A stretch of 30,787 bases of DNA from Elainellaceae cyanobacterium (lineage in GTDB: Bacteria > Cyanobacteriota > Cyanobacteriia > CAZCXK01), in the NCBI GenBank assembly GCA_051117555.1, contig JBNPEG010000046.1, forward strand, positions 1-30,787. The letters run 5' to 3'. The position numbers and the translations under genes were made by a program. This document shows, in pieces, positions 19,672 through 28,240 of this stretch. The notes beneath the pieces are model-generated. The model was not told the origin of the DNA, did not search any database, and saw nothing but the letters and a program-made list of their open reading frames with translations. Position 1 is the stretch's first letter; every line of letters begins with the position of its first letter.

Positions 19672-19735
19672 GATAGCACAGAAGTGCTATCTCAAATATC
19701 TGTGCTATCTCAAATATTTGTGCTACCTCAAATAA
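19672..19735. repeat. Three tandem 18-bp repeats (GTGCTATCTCAAATATYT) preceded by an inverted half-copy
   Basis: Units start at 19684, 19702 and 19720; GATAGCAC at 19672 is the reverse complement of GTGCTATC. Confidence 0.85.
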
Positions 19736-19772
19736 ACCAATAACGAAAAGTTTCTATAGGTGAATGTATTCA

Positions 19773-19819
19773 ATATTACCGAAACAACTCGTATCGCAAT
19801 TGTGACATGGGTCACGTTT
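19773..19819 (-). promoter_or_regulatory. CRP-type box with a downstream -10 element (class II geometry)
   Basis: aatTGTGA-catggg-TCACGttt with core at 19801-19816; TAATAT on the minus strand at 19778-19773. Confidence 0.6.
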
Positions 19820-19905
19820 CTCTTAAAGATTCAATGAAGTTGCCAGTTATGGAGGTGTGGCTTAACGGAATAGCTCATTACGGCACATCGGGGCAATCAG
19901 TTTAG

Positions 19906-19919
19906 GTATCAAGCAATAC
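19906..19919. promoter_or_regulatory. Putative NtcA box
   Basis: GTA-TCAAGCAA-TAC(A); no canonical -10 at 22 nt on either side. Confidence 0.4.
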
Positions 19920-20041
19920 ATTTATGGCGGTTGGTGGCAGACAATTGTCTAGCGGAATAGGGAGAGAGGGCGCTGAGATTCAATGAGACGGCTAATAACG
20001 GTATGATGACAGCGAATTTGCATCATAACTAGCCGGTTTGT

Positions 20042-21433
20042 ATGTCTTGTCGATTGACTCTTAAACAGCTCATCAGTATTCTCGCTGCTCACCCGCTTCA
20101 CGTCTCAAATGCTGCGCTGAATAGTTTAGCTTCTGGGGTGACAACAGATAGTCGTAATCTCCAAACTGGCGCGGTATTTGTAGCACTTCGGGGTGGCACA
20201 TTTGATGGTCATGCGTTTGTTGAGACAGCCATTCGGGATGGAGCGATCGCCGCTGTAATTGATTGCAACCCGAATGAATTGAATGCAGACTCGTCTCATC
20301 TACCGCTGCTTCGTGTAGAGAATACGCTGACGGCCTATCAGGCGATCGCCCGCTGGTGGAGACACCAATTTGAAATCCCGATTATTGCGGTGACTGGGTC
20401 GGTGGGTAAGACGACAACCAAAGAGTTAATTGCAGCCGTGTTATCGAAGCACGGCTGCGTATTAAAATCTCAAGCGAACTATAACAATGAGATTGGCGTC
20501 CCCAAAACGCTGCTCAATCTGGACGCTGAGCACGATTATGCAGTCATTGAGATGGGGATGCGTGCCCAAGGAGAAATTGCGCTGCTTGCTCAAATTGCCC
20601 GTCCGGATATTGCTGTCATTACTAACGTTGGGACAGCCCATATTGGTCGATTAGGCTCAGAGCAGGCGATCGCCGATGCCAAGTGTGAACTGTTAGCCGA
20701 GCTTTCGTCCCAGGGGACTGCCATTCTCAATGCTGACAATTTTCGATTGCTGAAGACGGCTCAACAGGTATGGCAAGGGCGCACCGTCACCTACGGACTG
20801 TCGGGTGGCGATATTCGTGGGCATTTTAAGGAGGCTAATCGACTGCTCGTTGAGACTATGGAGTTTTCGATGCCGCTATCGGGTCGCCATCATGCGTTAA
20901 ATTTTCTTGCCGCGCTCGCTGTTGCGCGAGAGCTTGGCATTGATTGGTCATTGCTAAGCAAAGGGCTGAGTGTCGATCTTCCCCCAGGTCGGGCACGGCG
21001 GTATGATTTGCCCAATGATGTGGTCATTCTCGATGAAACCTATAACGCAGGCTTAGAGTCGATGATGGCGGCTCTGCACCTTTTGGCAGAACTCCCCGGA
21101 CAGCGGCATATTGCGGTGCTAGGAACAATGAAAGAACTCGGAGAGCGATCGCCAGAATTTCATCAACGGGTTGGGCGAGAGGTCTTTCGGCTCAATGTTG
21201 ATCGACTGCTGATTTTGGCAGATCCTGATGAGAGTGATGCCTTGGCGATCGGGGCTAGCTCGGTGCCAACCGAACAGTTCTCATCTCATGCAGACGTGGT
21301 CAAACGGCTTACTGACTTGGTGCAACCGGGCGATCGCCTGTTGTTTAAGGCATCTCGCTCCGTTGGACTTGATCAAGTTGTCGATCAGCTCTGCACTCAA
21401 CTATCGGGATTGCTAACGTATCCCGATAGTTGA
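20042..21433 (+). CDS. murF: UDP-N-acetylmuramoyl-tripeptide--D-Ala-D-Ala ligase
   Basis: TDSR, VTGSVGKTTTKE, NYNNEIGVP, EMGM, DETYNA, KASR. Confidence 0.96.
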   Translation: MSCRLTLKQLISILAAHPLHVSNAALNSLASGVTTDSRNLQTGAVFVALRGGTFDGHAFVETAIRDGAIAAVIDCNPNELNADSSHLPLLRVENTLTAYQAIARWWRHQFEIPIIAVTGSVGKTTTKELIAAVLSKHGCVLKSQANYNNEIGVPKTLLNLDAEHDYAVIEMGMRAQGEIALLAQIARPDIAVITNVGTAHIGRLGSEQAIADAKCELLAELSSQGTAILNADNFRLLKTAQQVWQGRTVTYGLSGGDIRGHFKEANRLLVETMEFSMPLSGRHHALNFLAALAVARELGIDWSLLSKGLSVDLPPGRARRYDLPNDVVILDETYNAGLESMMAALHLLAELPGQRHIAVLGTMKELGERSPEFHQRVGREVFRLNVDRLLILADPDESDALAIGASSVPTEQFSSHADVVKRLTDLVQPGDRLLFKASRSVGLDQVVDQLCTQLSGLLTYPDS

Positions 21434-21470
21434 GTGGTGGGTCGGGCGGCGCCCACTCCACTACTCACAC
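21431..21470. repeat. REP-like palindrome at the murF stop
   Basis: TGAGTGGTGG...CCACTACTCA; similar to the reverse complement of 25268-25304. Confidence 0.7.
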
Positions 21471-21634
21471 AATTCATAAGCGATTTAGGATCGCTATATA
21501 TTAATAAACTATTAATAAACTATTAGTAGAGCATTATTTCGGGCGATCGCCCGAGTCAGTCATTTAATGACCGATGCAATATCCAATGGTCTAAAATTTC
21601 ATCGAACCCTCTGTCGTTTTTCTGGCTTGAACCC

Positions 21635-23110
21635 GTGATTGCCATTGCCCCCGATTCCATCGCTCATATTCCCGGTCCTCAGCCATTTCCTGTGATTGGA
21701 AAGACCCTCAACGCGTGGCGCTATGGGCGAGATTCAATCACCTATGCCAGTCATCTCTTCAGCACCTATGGCAACGTCGTTTCTTTGGCAGCAGGCGGGG
21801 GAACCAATTTCTATTCACCGTTGCCAAATTGCCCTGGAACAGTCATCGCCTACGGTGCAGATGTCGTTCGTGAAGTGACGACTCAGCATGAGGTGTTTTA
21901 TAAGCAGCCGATTTCGGGGACGCTCTATCGTCTCAAAGACCAGTCTCCACGCAGCGAACCTCTCAAGCATTTTGGAGTCGGGTTGTTTGGCATCAATAGT
22001 CAGCAACATCTGCAAACCCGCAAGCTGATGATGCCTGCGTTTCATCACAAGCAAATTGCTACCTATCGAGACGACATGGTGGCGATCGCCCAGTCGATGG
22101 TAGACCGCATCCCATGTGACGAACCCTTCGATTTTTCTGCCACGATGCGGCTGCTCACCATGCGAATTGCTACAAAAACCTTATTTGGTGACGATATTCA
22201 CGAAGCAGGCGGCTCGGTCGGCAAACTCATTCAAGACATTCTCAATCTGCTGGGCAATGCGGTGCTTCTTCCCGTCGATTTGCCAGGGCTTCCCTATCAC
22301 CGGATGCTCACGCTCATGCAGCAGCTTGATGACCAGATGCGCACCCTCATCGAGCGCAAACGCCAGTCTCATACAGAGACTCCCGATGTGTTATCGATGC
22401 TGCTTTCTGCCCAAGATGCAGAAACAGGCTTGACGCTTAGTGAGGACGAACTGCTGGGTCATGCTGGAGTGATCTTTACGGCCGGACATGAAACCAGTTC
22501 AAATGCGCTCACCTGGACGATATTTTTATTGTCGCAACATCCTGACATCGCGGCGGATTTGCACGACGAACTAGGCCACGTTCTACAGGGTGCAGCCCCT
22601 ACGGTTGATCAGCTTCAGCAGTTGCCGCTGCTAAACAAGGTAGTGAAAGAGTCGTTGCGAATTATTCCGCCTGCCCCGTGGAATGGACGCGTGACCTCGC
22701 AACCCACTGAGTTGACAGGTCGTCCGCTTCCAAGTGGAACTGAGGTCATTGTTAGCATCTATCACACCCACCATCATGCCGACTTGTTTCCAGATCCAGA
22801 CGCCTTTGACCCGCATCGATGGGATGACATCAATCCGAGTCCGTACGAATATAATCCATTCAGCGCGGGGCCGCGCACCTGTATTGGGGCGGCATTTGCG
22901 CTGATGGAAATCAAGCTGATTTTAGCAATGCTCCTCCAACGATATCGATTTCAGCCCGTGGGCGATCGCCCTGTTGACCGCTCTGGCTTTATCGTGATCA
23001 CGCCAAAAGGCGGACTCCCCCTAGTGGCACACCTGCAAGACCGAAACTTCCGGCAAGGCGTCGGCGGGATTCGCGGCAACGTGCGCGATATGGTGAATTT
23101 GCCTGATTAG
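21635..23110 (+). CDS. Cytochrome P450
   Basis: I-helix AGHETS, ExxR (ESLR), heme motif FSAGPRTCIG. Confidence 0.96.
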   Translation: MIAIAPDSIAHIPGPQPFPVIGKTLNAWRYGRDSITYASHLFSTYGNVVSLAAGGGTNFYSPLPNCPGTVIAYGADVVREVTTQHEVFYKQPISGTLYRLKDQSPRSEPLKHFGVGLFGINSQQHLQTRKLMMPAFHHKQIATYRDDMVAIAQSMVDRIPCDEPFDFSATMRLLTMRIATKTLFGDDIHEAGGSVGKLIQDILNLLGNAVLLPVDLPGLPYHRMLTLMQQLDDQMRTLIERKRQSHTETPDVLSMLLSAQDAETGLTLSEDELLGHAGVIFTAGHETSSNALTWTIFLLSQHPDIAADLHDELGHVLQGAAPTVDQLQQLPLLNKVVKESLRIIPPAPWNGRVTSQPTELTGRPLPSGTEVIVSIYHTHHHADLFPDPDAFDPHRWDDINPSPYEYNPFSAGPRTCIGAAFALMEIKLILAMLLQRYRFQPVGDRPVDRSGFIVITPKGGLPLVAHLQDRNFRQGVGGIRGNVRDMVNLPD

Positions 23111-23131
23111 CACTAGGTTTGAGTAACCTAT

Positions 23132-24088
23132 TTAGAGCGTGACTTGTCGTGCCCCAAAGTATTGGAAGGGCTGAAGCGCTCCATATCCGGCTTCATTGTC
23201 GTGATAGCCTGGATGAGCCGCCATCCACAGCAGATGATTCTTTAAATCTTCGTTGTTGTCAAGTGGCGTATCGTGATGTTTGCCGTCGCTATGACGAGAC
23301 ACGATCAGGGCAGCTAAACCCGACACAAATGGAGTTGCCATCGAGGTGCCGCTCAGTTCTGCATAACCGCCGTCACGATAGGTTGACCAAATATGAGAAC
23401 CGGGAGCCATCAAATCAATTTCTCCACCCCGTGACGAAAACCCTGACCGATTTCCGTTTTGGTCGTGAGAGGCGATTGTAATCACGCCACCATAGCGTCC
23501 GGGATAGCCAATGCTGTTTTGAAACAGCGATCCTTCATTGCCGGCGGCACAAATCACCATCACGCCTTTGGCGAGGGCAACGTGAATCGCCTGATAAAGA
23601 CGATTAGACGAATATGGCCCCCCGAGCGACATTGAAATAATGTCTGCGCCTTGCTCAACTGCCCAAAGAACGGCATCCGCAATCCAGTGAAAGGCTCCAC
23701 CGCCCTCATTCGTCAATACTTTTGCAATTAAAAGCTGCGATCTTGGCGCAACTCCAACAAATCCGGTGTCATTGAGTCGAGCGGCAATGATGCCAGCGCA
23801 GTGAGTGCCGTGACCATTCCCATCTTCAATGCCTTCATTGGTAAAATCTTTGACCTCGACAATGCCGTCTGCCAAGTCGGGATGATCTAAATCAATACCC
23901 GTATCTAGTACAGCGACTTTCACGCCGTCTCCCATTGTTTGTATCCATACATCAGGAATGCCTAACAGTGAGCCTGCCCAGTTAATTTGCTCGCCTTCTT
24001 GCTGGGCAATTTTAGATAGTTCGAGCTGGTCGGCTGCTCGCTGATGTAGTTTGACTCTGGGTAGCCCAAAATCTTGCTTTCGTTTCAT
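23132..24088 (-). CDS. S8 subtilisin-like serine protease, apparently intracellular
   Basis: Triad LDTG / HGTH / GTSMA and oxyanion AAGN; no signal peptide. Start taken at MKRKQ (24088). Confidence 0.92.
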   Translation of the reverse strand: MKRKQDFGLPRVKLHQRAADQLELSKIAQQEGEQINWAGSLLGIPDVWIQTMGDGVKVAVLDTGIDLDHPDLADGIVEVKDFTNEGIEDGNGHGTHCAGIIAARLNDTGFVGVAPRSQLLIAKVLTNEGGGAFHWIADAVLWAVEQGADIISMSLGGPYSSNRLYQAIHVALAKGVMVICAAGNEGSLFQNSIGYPGRYGGVITIASHDQNGNRSGFSSRGGEIDLMAPGSHIWSTYRDGGYAELSGTSMATPFVSGLAALIVSRHSDGKHHDTPLDNNEDLKNHLLWMAAHPGYHDNEAGYGALQPFQYFGARQVTL

Positions 24089-24297
24089 GTCGAATCCTCG
24101 CTGTAATCCGCGCAATAACGGGCGATCGCCGTCTCATCATTGCATTGCCGTTATCGCTAGGAGTATAGAGCATCGACGCAAACTCGTGTTTTAATTCGCT
24201 AATTTTTTTTAGGGTTTGCAATCACAAACAGCCCTGATCAAGTCTTCATCTGCCGCTATGGACTGCTATAGATCTGAACGTTAGCCAGACATTTCCT

Positions 24298-24350
24298 TGC
24301 CTGCTGATTGCTGATTGCTACTGCTACCCGCTGATTGCTACCTGCTAACC
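24298..24350. repeat. Short tandem heptamer-like repeats (TGCTGAT/TGCTACC), STRR-like
   Basis: tgcctgctgattgctgattgctactgctacccgctgattgctacctgctaacc. Confidence 0.7.
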
Positions 24351-24362
24351 CTCAACAAGTGC

Positions 24363-25118
24363 TTAGCAGGAAAAGAAAGTTTCAACATGCTCATTCACAG
24401 ACGGGCGCATATTTTCACCATACGCTCGTTGAATGTTGTCTAACGTCATCACGGCTTGTGGCGTATCGTTTGCCAATATCTGCTGATTGAGCAACACCAA
24501 ACGGTCATATCGGTGCAGCGTCTCACCCCATTCGTGGCTGCAAATTAGCAGCGTTTTACCTTGAGCTTGAAGCTCAGCAAAGAGGCTCATCATGATTGCC
24601 TCCGTTTTTTTGTCAATGCCGTTGAAGGGTTCATCGAGTAGAAACAGGTCGGCTTGTTGAGCGAGAGCGCGTGCTAAAAAAATTCGTTGCTGTTGCCCGC
24701 CTGAAAGTTCTCCAATTTGCCGATGGCGCAGATTCCACATGCCGACTCTTTCTAGCGACTCATTCACGATCGCGCGATCGCCCCGACTCAACCCTCGCAG
24801 CCAACCTGCTGTTGCAGTTTTTGCCAACATCACCACATCGATGGCGGTAATTGGATAGTCCCAGTCAATTTGCGATCGCTGCGGCACATAGGCAATACGC
24901 TGCCGCTGACGTCTTACCGGGCAGTTTTGAAGCAGCACATGCCCATCTGACAACGTTACCAAGCCGAGAATGGCTTTGATTAGCGTGCTTTTGCCTGCCC
25001 CATTTGGACCAATCAAGCCCACCATTTCGCCTCGTTTAAGAGAAAGGCTGACTTCTTTGAGCGCCCAATTGCCCCGGTATTGCACTGATATATGCTGAAC
25101 ATCTAGCATCGCTAGCAT
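24363..25118 (-). CDS. Zn/Mn ABC transporter ATP-binding subunit (ZnuC/MntA-like)
   Basis: GPNGAGKS, YVPQRSQIDWDYP, LSGGQQQR, LLDEP. Start may be at 25109. Confidence 0.93.
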   Translation of the reverse strand: MLAMLDVQHISVQYRGNWALKEVSLSLKRGEMVGLIGPNGAGKSTLIKAILGLVTLSDGHVLLQNCPVRRQRQRIAYVPQRSQIDWDYPITAIDVVMLAKTATAGWLRGLSRGDRAIVNESLERVGMWNLRHRQIGELSGGQQQRIFLARALAQQADLFLLDEPFNGIDKKTEAIMMSLFAELQAQGKTLLICSHEWGETLHRYDRLVLLNQQILANDTPQAVMTLDNIQRAYGENMRPSVNEHVETFFSC

Positions 25119-25122
25119 GAAA

Positions 25123-25150
25123 TGATAATCGTTCTCAAATTATCATAGCA
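25123..25150 (-). promoter_or_regulatory. Zur/Fur-type 7-1-7 box beside an extended -10 promoter
   Basis: TGATAAT-C-GTTCTCA at 25123-25137; TGcTATGAT on the minus strand at 25150-25142. Confidence 0.75.
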
Positions 25151-25267
25151 GACGGATTCAGCGGATAAATCTATCTAAGGGAAAAAGCCATGAAGGAGAT
25201 TCAATAGTCGCCAAATGACTCGACAGCCAAACGTTACATAGCGATCCTAAATCGCTTGTGAAGTGTG

Positions 25268-25304
25268 TGTGAGTGGTGGGGCAGGCGCCGCCCCACCACT
25301 CACA
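25268..25304. repeat. REP-like palindrome with a perfect 15-bp stem
   Basis: TGTGAGTGGTGGGGC-aggcgcc-GCCCCACCACTCACA. Confidence 0.8.
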
Positions 25305-25403
25305 ACCCAGGATTGCTATACGTGATGATGATGATATTGATTGACCATCCAACGATGTCCAACCATTCGATAGACTAGACAGGATCTTTGATCGTGTTCA
25401 CCT

Positions 25404-25823
25404 ATGGCTCCACTGCCGAATTATCGTCCAAAACAGCTTTCCCTAGGGCCGCTCGAAGCCGAAATTTTGAGCATTCTTTGGGAACTCAAATCTGCCACTG
25501 TGAAAGATATTCACGATCGCATCTTGGCAGATCCAGATCGCGAATTAGCCTATACCTCAGTTACTACCGTACTAAAGCGTCTCACTCAAAAGGGCTGGCT
25601 GACGTGCGATCGCAGCGAACGTACGTTTCGTTGGCACCCGTTAGTGTCGAAGACCGATGCGACCCTATTGCACACTCATGCTCAACTACAACAGTTTCTG
25701 AAAGTCGGTAATCCTGATGTGGTTGCTGCCTTTGCCGACAGTTTGGATGCCGCGAGCGTAGATCAGCTTGATGCGATCGCCCGCCGTCTAAAAGCTGCCC
25801 GTGACGCCAAGGAGGAACCGTAA
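25404..25823 (+). CDS. petR: BlaI/CopY-family repressor, PetR-like
   Basis: LGPLEAEILSILW..ATVKDIH..LAYTSVTTVLKRLTQKGW; translationally coupled (TAATG) to an M56 peptidase. Confidence 0.8.
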   Translation: MAPLPNYRPKQLSLGPLEAEILSILWELKSATVKDIHDRILADPDRELAYTSVTTVLKRLTQKGWLTCDRSERTFRWHPLVSKTDATLLHTHAQLQQFLKVGNPDVVAAFADSLDAASVDQLDAIARRLKAARDAKEEP

Positions 25824-26662
25824 TGCATCTTAGTTTAATTCTCGGGGCGATCGCCCTTGCTATTCTCATTCGATTAGGATGGACGCCATCTGAGCAACCG
25901 TGGACGATTCGTTGGCAGACGACACTGTTTGCATTCTTATTGCCACCATTAGTGATGATCACGACGGTGATTGCGGTGCTTTGCATGGGCACTCAAGGAG
26001 AAATGATCGGCATGCCTGTGGGGTGGGTTGGCTATTCTCTTGCCCTTGGGCTGATCGGCATCATCGCCGGAACGCTGATATATCGGGGTTGGCATGGATG
26101 GCGATCGCTGCAACAGGTCAAAACATATCCCATTGTGAGCGTCCAAAATCGTGTTGGACACCTCCTCGATACGTCTGCTCTATTTGCGGCTGAGATTGGC
26201 TTTTGGACTCCAGAACTCGTCATCAGCCAGGGACTGCTAGATGCCTTAGATTCCGATCATCTCGAGGCCGTGTTAACTCACGAACGCGCCCATGAACAGT
26301 TCCGCGATACCTTTTGGTTTTTCTGGCTAGGCTGGATCAAACAGCTAACCCAGTGGCTTCCTCAAACCGATGTGCTGTGGCATGAACTCCTGCTGCTGCG
26401 CGAACTGCGGGCAGATGCATGGGCATCTCGGTCAGTTGACCCGCTTCTGTTGGCAGAGTCACTGCTTCTAGTGGTGCGATCGCCTTTAGATATTCGACCG
26501 ACTAGCATTGCCTTTGATGCTGCAACTCCAATGAATCGGTTAGAGATCCGCATTGAGGCACTTTTGGAAGAGCCTCAGCGTCATGCTGATACACCATCCT
26601 TGATGGGGCTATGGTGGGCGATCGCCCTATTGCCTTTGCTCACGGTGTTGCTTCATTCCTGA
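25823..26662 (+). CDS. petP: BlaR1/M56-like membrane metallopeptidase, PetP-like
   Basis: TM segments with LCMG..GEM, HERAH zinc motif, ELRAD. Confidence 0.8.
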   Translation: MHLSLILGAIALAILIRLGWTPSEQPWTIRWQTTLFAFLLPPLVMITTVIAVLCMGTQGEMIGMPVGWVGYSLALGLIGIIAGTLIYRGWHGWRSLQQVKTYPIVSVQNRVGHLLDTSALFAAEIGFWTPELVISQGLLDALDSDHLEAVLTHERAHEQFRDTFWFFWLGWIKQLTQWLPQTDVLWHELLLLRELRADAWASRSVDPLLLAESLLLVVRSPLDIRPTSIAFDAATPMNRLEIRIEALLEEPQRHADTPSLMGLWWAIALLPLLTVLLHS

Positions 26663-26721
26663 TAGAATTTGTCTCCTTTAAGGGACAGGGTCTTTGTGTT
26701 AAACTGACTTCTAGTTAAAGG

Positions 26722-26751
26722 TTGACAAACCCGTTCGGTGTTAGCTACCTT
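26722..26751 (+). promoter_or_regulatory. sigma70-type promoter of tRNA-Glu
   Basis: TTGACA-N18-TACCTT, 20 nt before the tRNA. Confidence 0.6.
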
Positions 26752-26771
26752 ATTTAAGGTCAAATTAATGC

Positions 26772-26844
26772 GCCCCCATCGTCTAGAGGCCTAGGACACC
26801 TCCCTTTCACGGAGGCGACGGGGATTCGAATTCCCCTGGGGGTA
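26772..26844 (+). tRNA. trnE: tRNA-Glu(UUC), CCA not encoded
   Basis: Acceptor GCCCCCA/TGGGGGT; anticodon arm CCTCC-CTTTCAC-GGAGG; T arm GGGGA-TTCGAAT-TCCCC. Confidence 0.97.
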
Positions 26845-26869
26845 TATTTTGACCCATTTGATATAGATT

Positions 26870-26899
26870 AATGACAGGCATTTAATGCCTGTCATTTTT
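26870..26899 (+). terminator. Rho-independent terminator after the tRNA
   Basis: 13-bp inverted repeat AATGACAGGCATT-T-AATGCCTGTCATT running into a T tract. Confidence 0.8.
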
Positions 26900-27128
26900 G
26901 CTTTCTGGCGATTAATTAAGTTAGATTCTGATGCTGGAAGGATGGTTGTGACTACAAAGATCATCAGATAGGCTGAAGACCTCACATTATTTGCAACAGC
27001 CCATAATCACTGGTTTTGAACTGGATTAGCTGCGACAAACTTAGGAATTAACAAGCTCTGATATCAAGGATTTAGAGAATAAGACGCGGTAGGCTGTAAA
27101 CACAATCAATGCGCGACAGATAAGAACC

Positions 27129-27971
27129 GTGGTTACTTCATCGAATACGCCATCAAATAGTCTGACGCTCCATCGCTATAAGCGAACGAATAAGAGCTAC
27201 ACCGAAGTATTAGGGGAGAGTGTGGAACTGACGCTGATGCTGATTCCAGCGGGTGAGTTTTTGATGGGAGCACCGGGAGACGAGCCAGAAAGTGATGATA
27301 GAGAGCGACCACGGCACTTGGTGAGAGTATCGCAGTTTTTGATGGGGCGTTATCCGGTCACTCAAGCTCAATGGCGAGTAGTAGCAGGCTATCCCCAAAA
27401 GGAGCGATCGCTCGACCCCGATCCATCTAGATTCAAAGGAGACAACCGCCCGGTCGAGAATGTGAGCTGGGATGATGCTCAGGAATTTTGCAGACGGTTG
27501 CATGAGAAAACGGGCAAAAATTATCGTTTACCCAGCGAAGCTCAGTGAGAATATGCCTGCCGCGCTGGGACTGAGACCCCGTTTCACTTTGGTGAGACGA
27601 TTACAACTGAGTTAGCAAACTATAACGGAGATTACACCTATAACAACAGTCCGACAGGAGAATATCGAAAACAGACAACCGAGGTTGGCATCTTTCCTGC
27701 GAATCGCTTTGGCCTGCACGACACGCATGGCAATGTATTGGAGTGGTGTGAAGACGACTGGCATAACAGCTATGAGGAAGCCCCTGATGATGGGAGTGCT
27801 TGGGTCGAGACGGATCGCATAGAAACTTATCGGCTGCTGCGCGGCGGTTCCTGGAGCCTCAATCCTGGGTATTGTCGGTCTGCCTGTCGCGACGACTATT
27901 CGCGCGGTAACCGTTACGACGCTATCGGTTTTCGGGTGTGTTGCGTGCCGCCTAGGGCTCTTCCTTCTTAG
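27129..27971 (+). pseudogene. FGE-sulfatase (SUMF1/CLec-fold) protein with an in-frame nonsense codon; DGR-target-like 3' end
   Basis: IPAGEFLMG, YPVTQAQW, RLPSEAQ*EYACRAG (TGA at 27546-27548 replaces the conserved Trp), HGNVLEWC, LLRGGSW...GFRV, all in one frame. Confidence 0.88.
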
Positions 27972-28046
27972 CTCTTAAGCCCTTAGCCCCTTAGCTCTTA
28001 GTTTTTATCTCTTTTCTTTTCGCCGTTAGGCGATCAAAATTTTTTT
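27964..28046 (+). repeat. CTTAG-core short tandem repeats, pyrimidine tract and small hairpin
   Basis: cttcttag ctcttaag cccttag ccccttag ctcttag; TCGCC-GTTA-GGCGA at 28020-28033; AAAATTTTTTT. Confidence 0.7.
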
Positions 28047-28240
28047 AACGTCAAAGTGGTTTGGTGAGTCTTTGGTGCTGGACTGTTGATCACAACCAGT
28101 ACAATGAGGAAACATGAGCGATCAGTTACATAGTGATTTTGAACTCCTCGAACTCGCGATATTTTGAGACGATGAGGGTGATCGAAACATAGTCCTTGAA
28201 GTCATAGCCTCTGCTAGCAGAGATATAGCAACCTCTACAA

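Noticed and set aside
19684..19735. Possible CRISPR array
   Set aside because: Units are contiguous 18-mers with no spacers, and no cas genes are present.
25371..25387. TAGACTAGAC as a possible PetR/BlaI operator
   Set aside because: Direct repeat only, with no convincing palindrome.
26791..26985. 64-aa minus-strand ORF
   Set aside because: Antisense to tRNA-Glu and its terminator.
27546..27548. TGA as selenocysteine or recoding
   Set aside because: The position is a conserved Trp, not Cys; no evident SECIS; other genes here use TGA as a stop.
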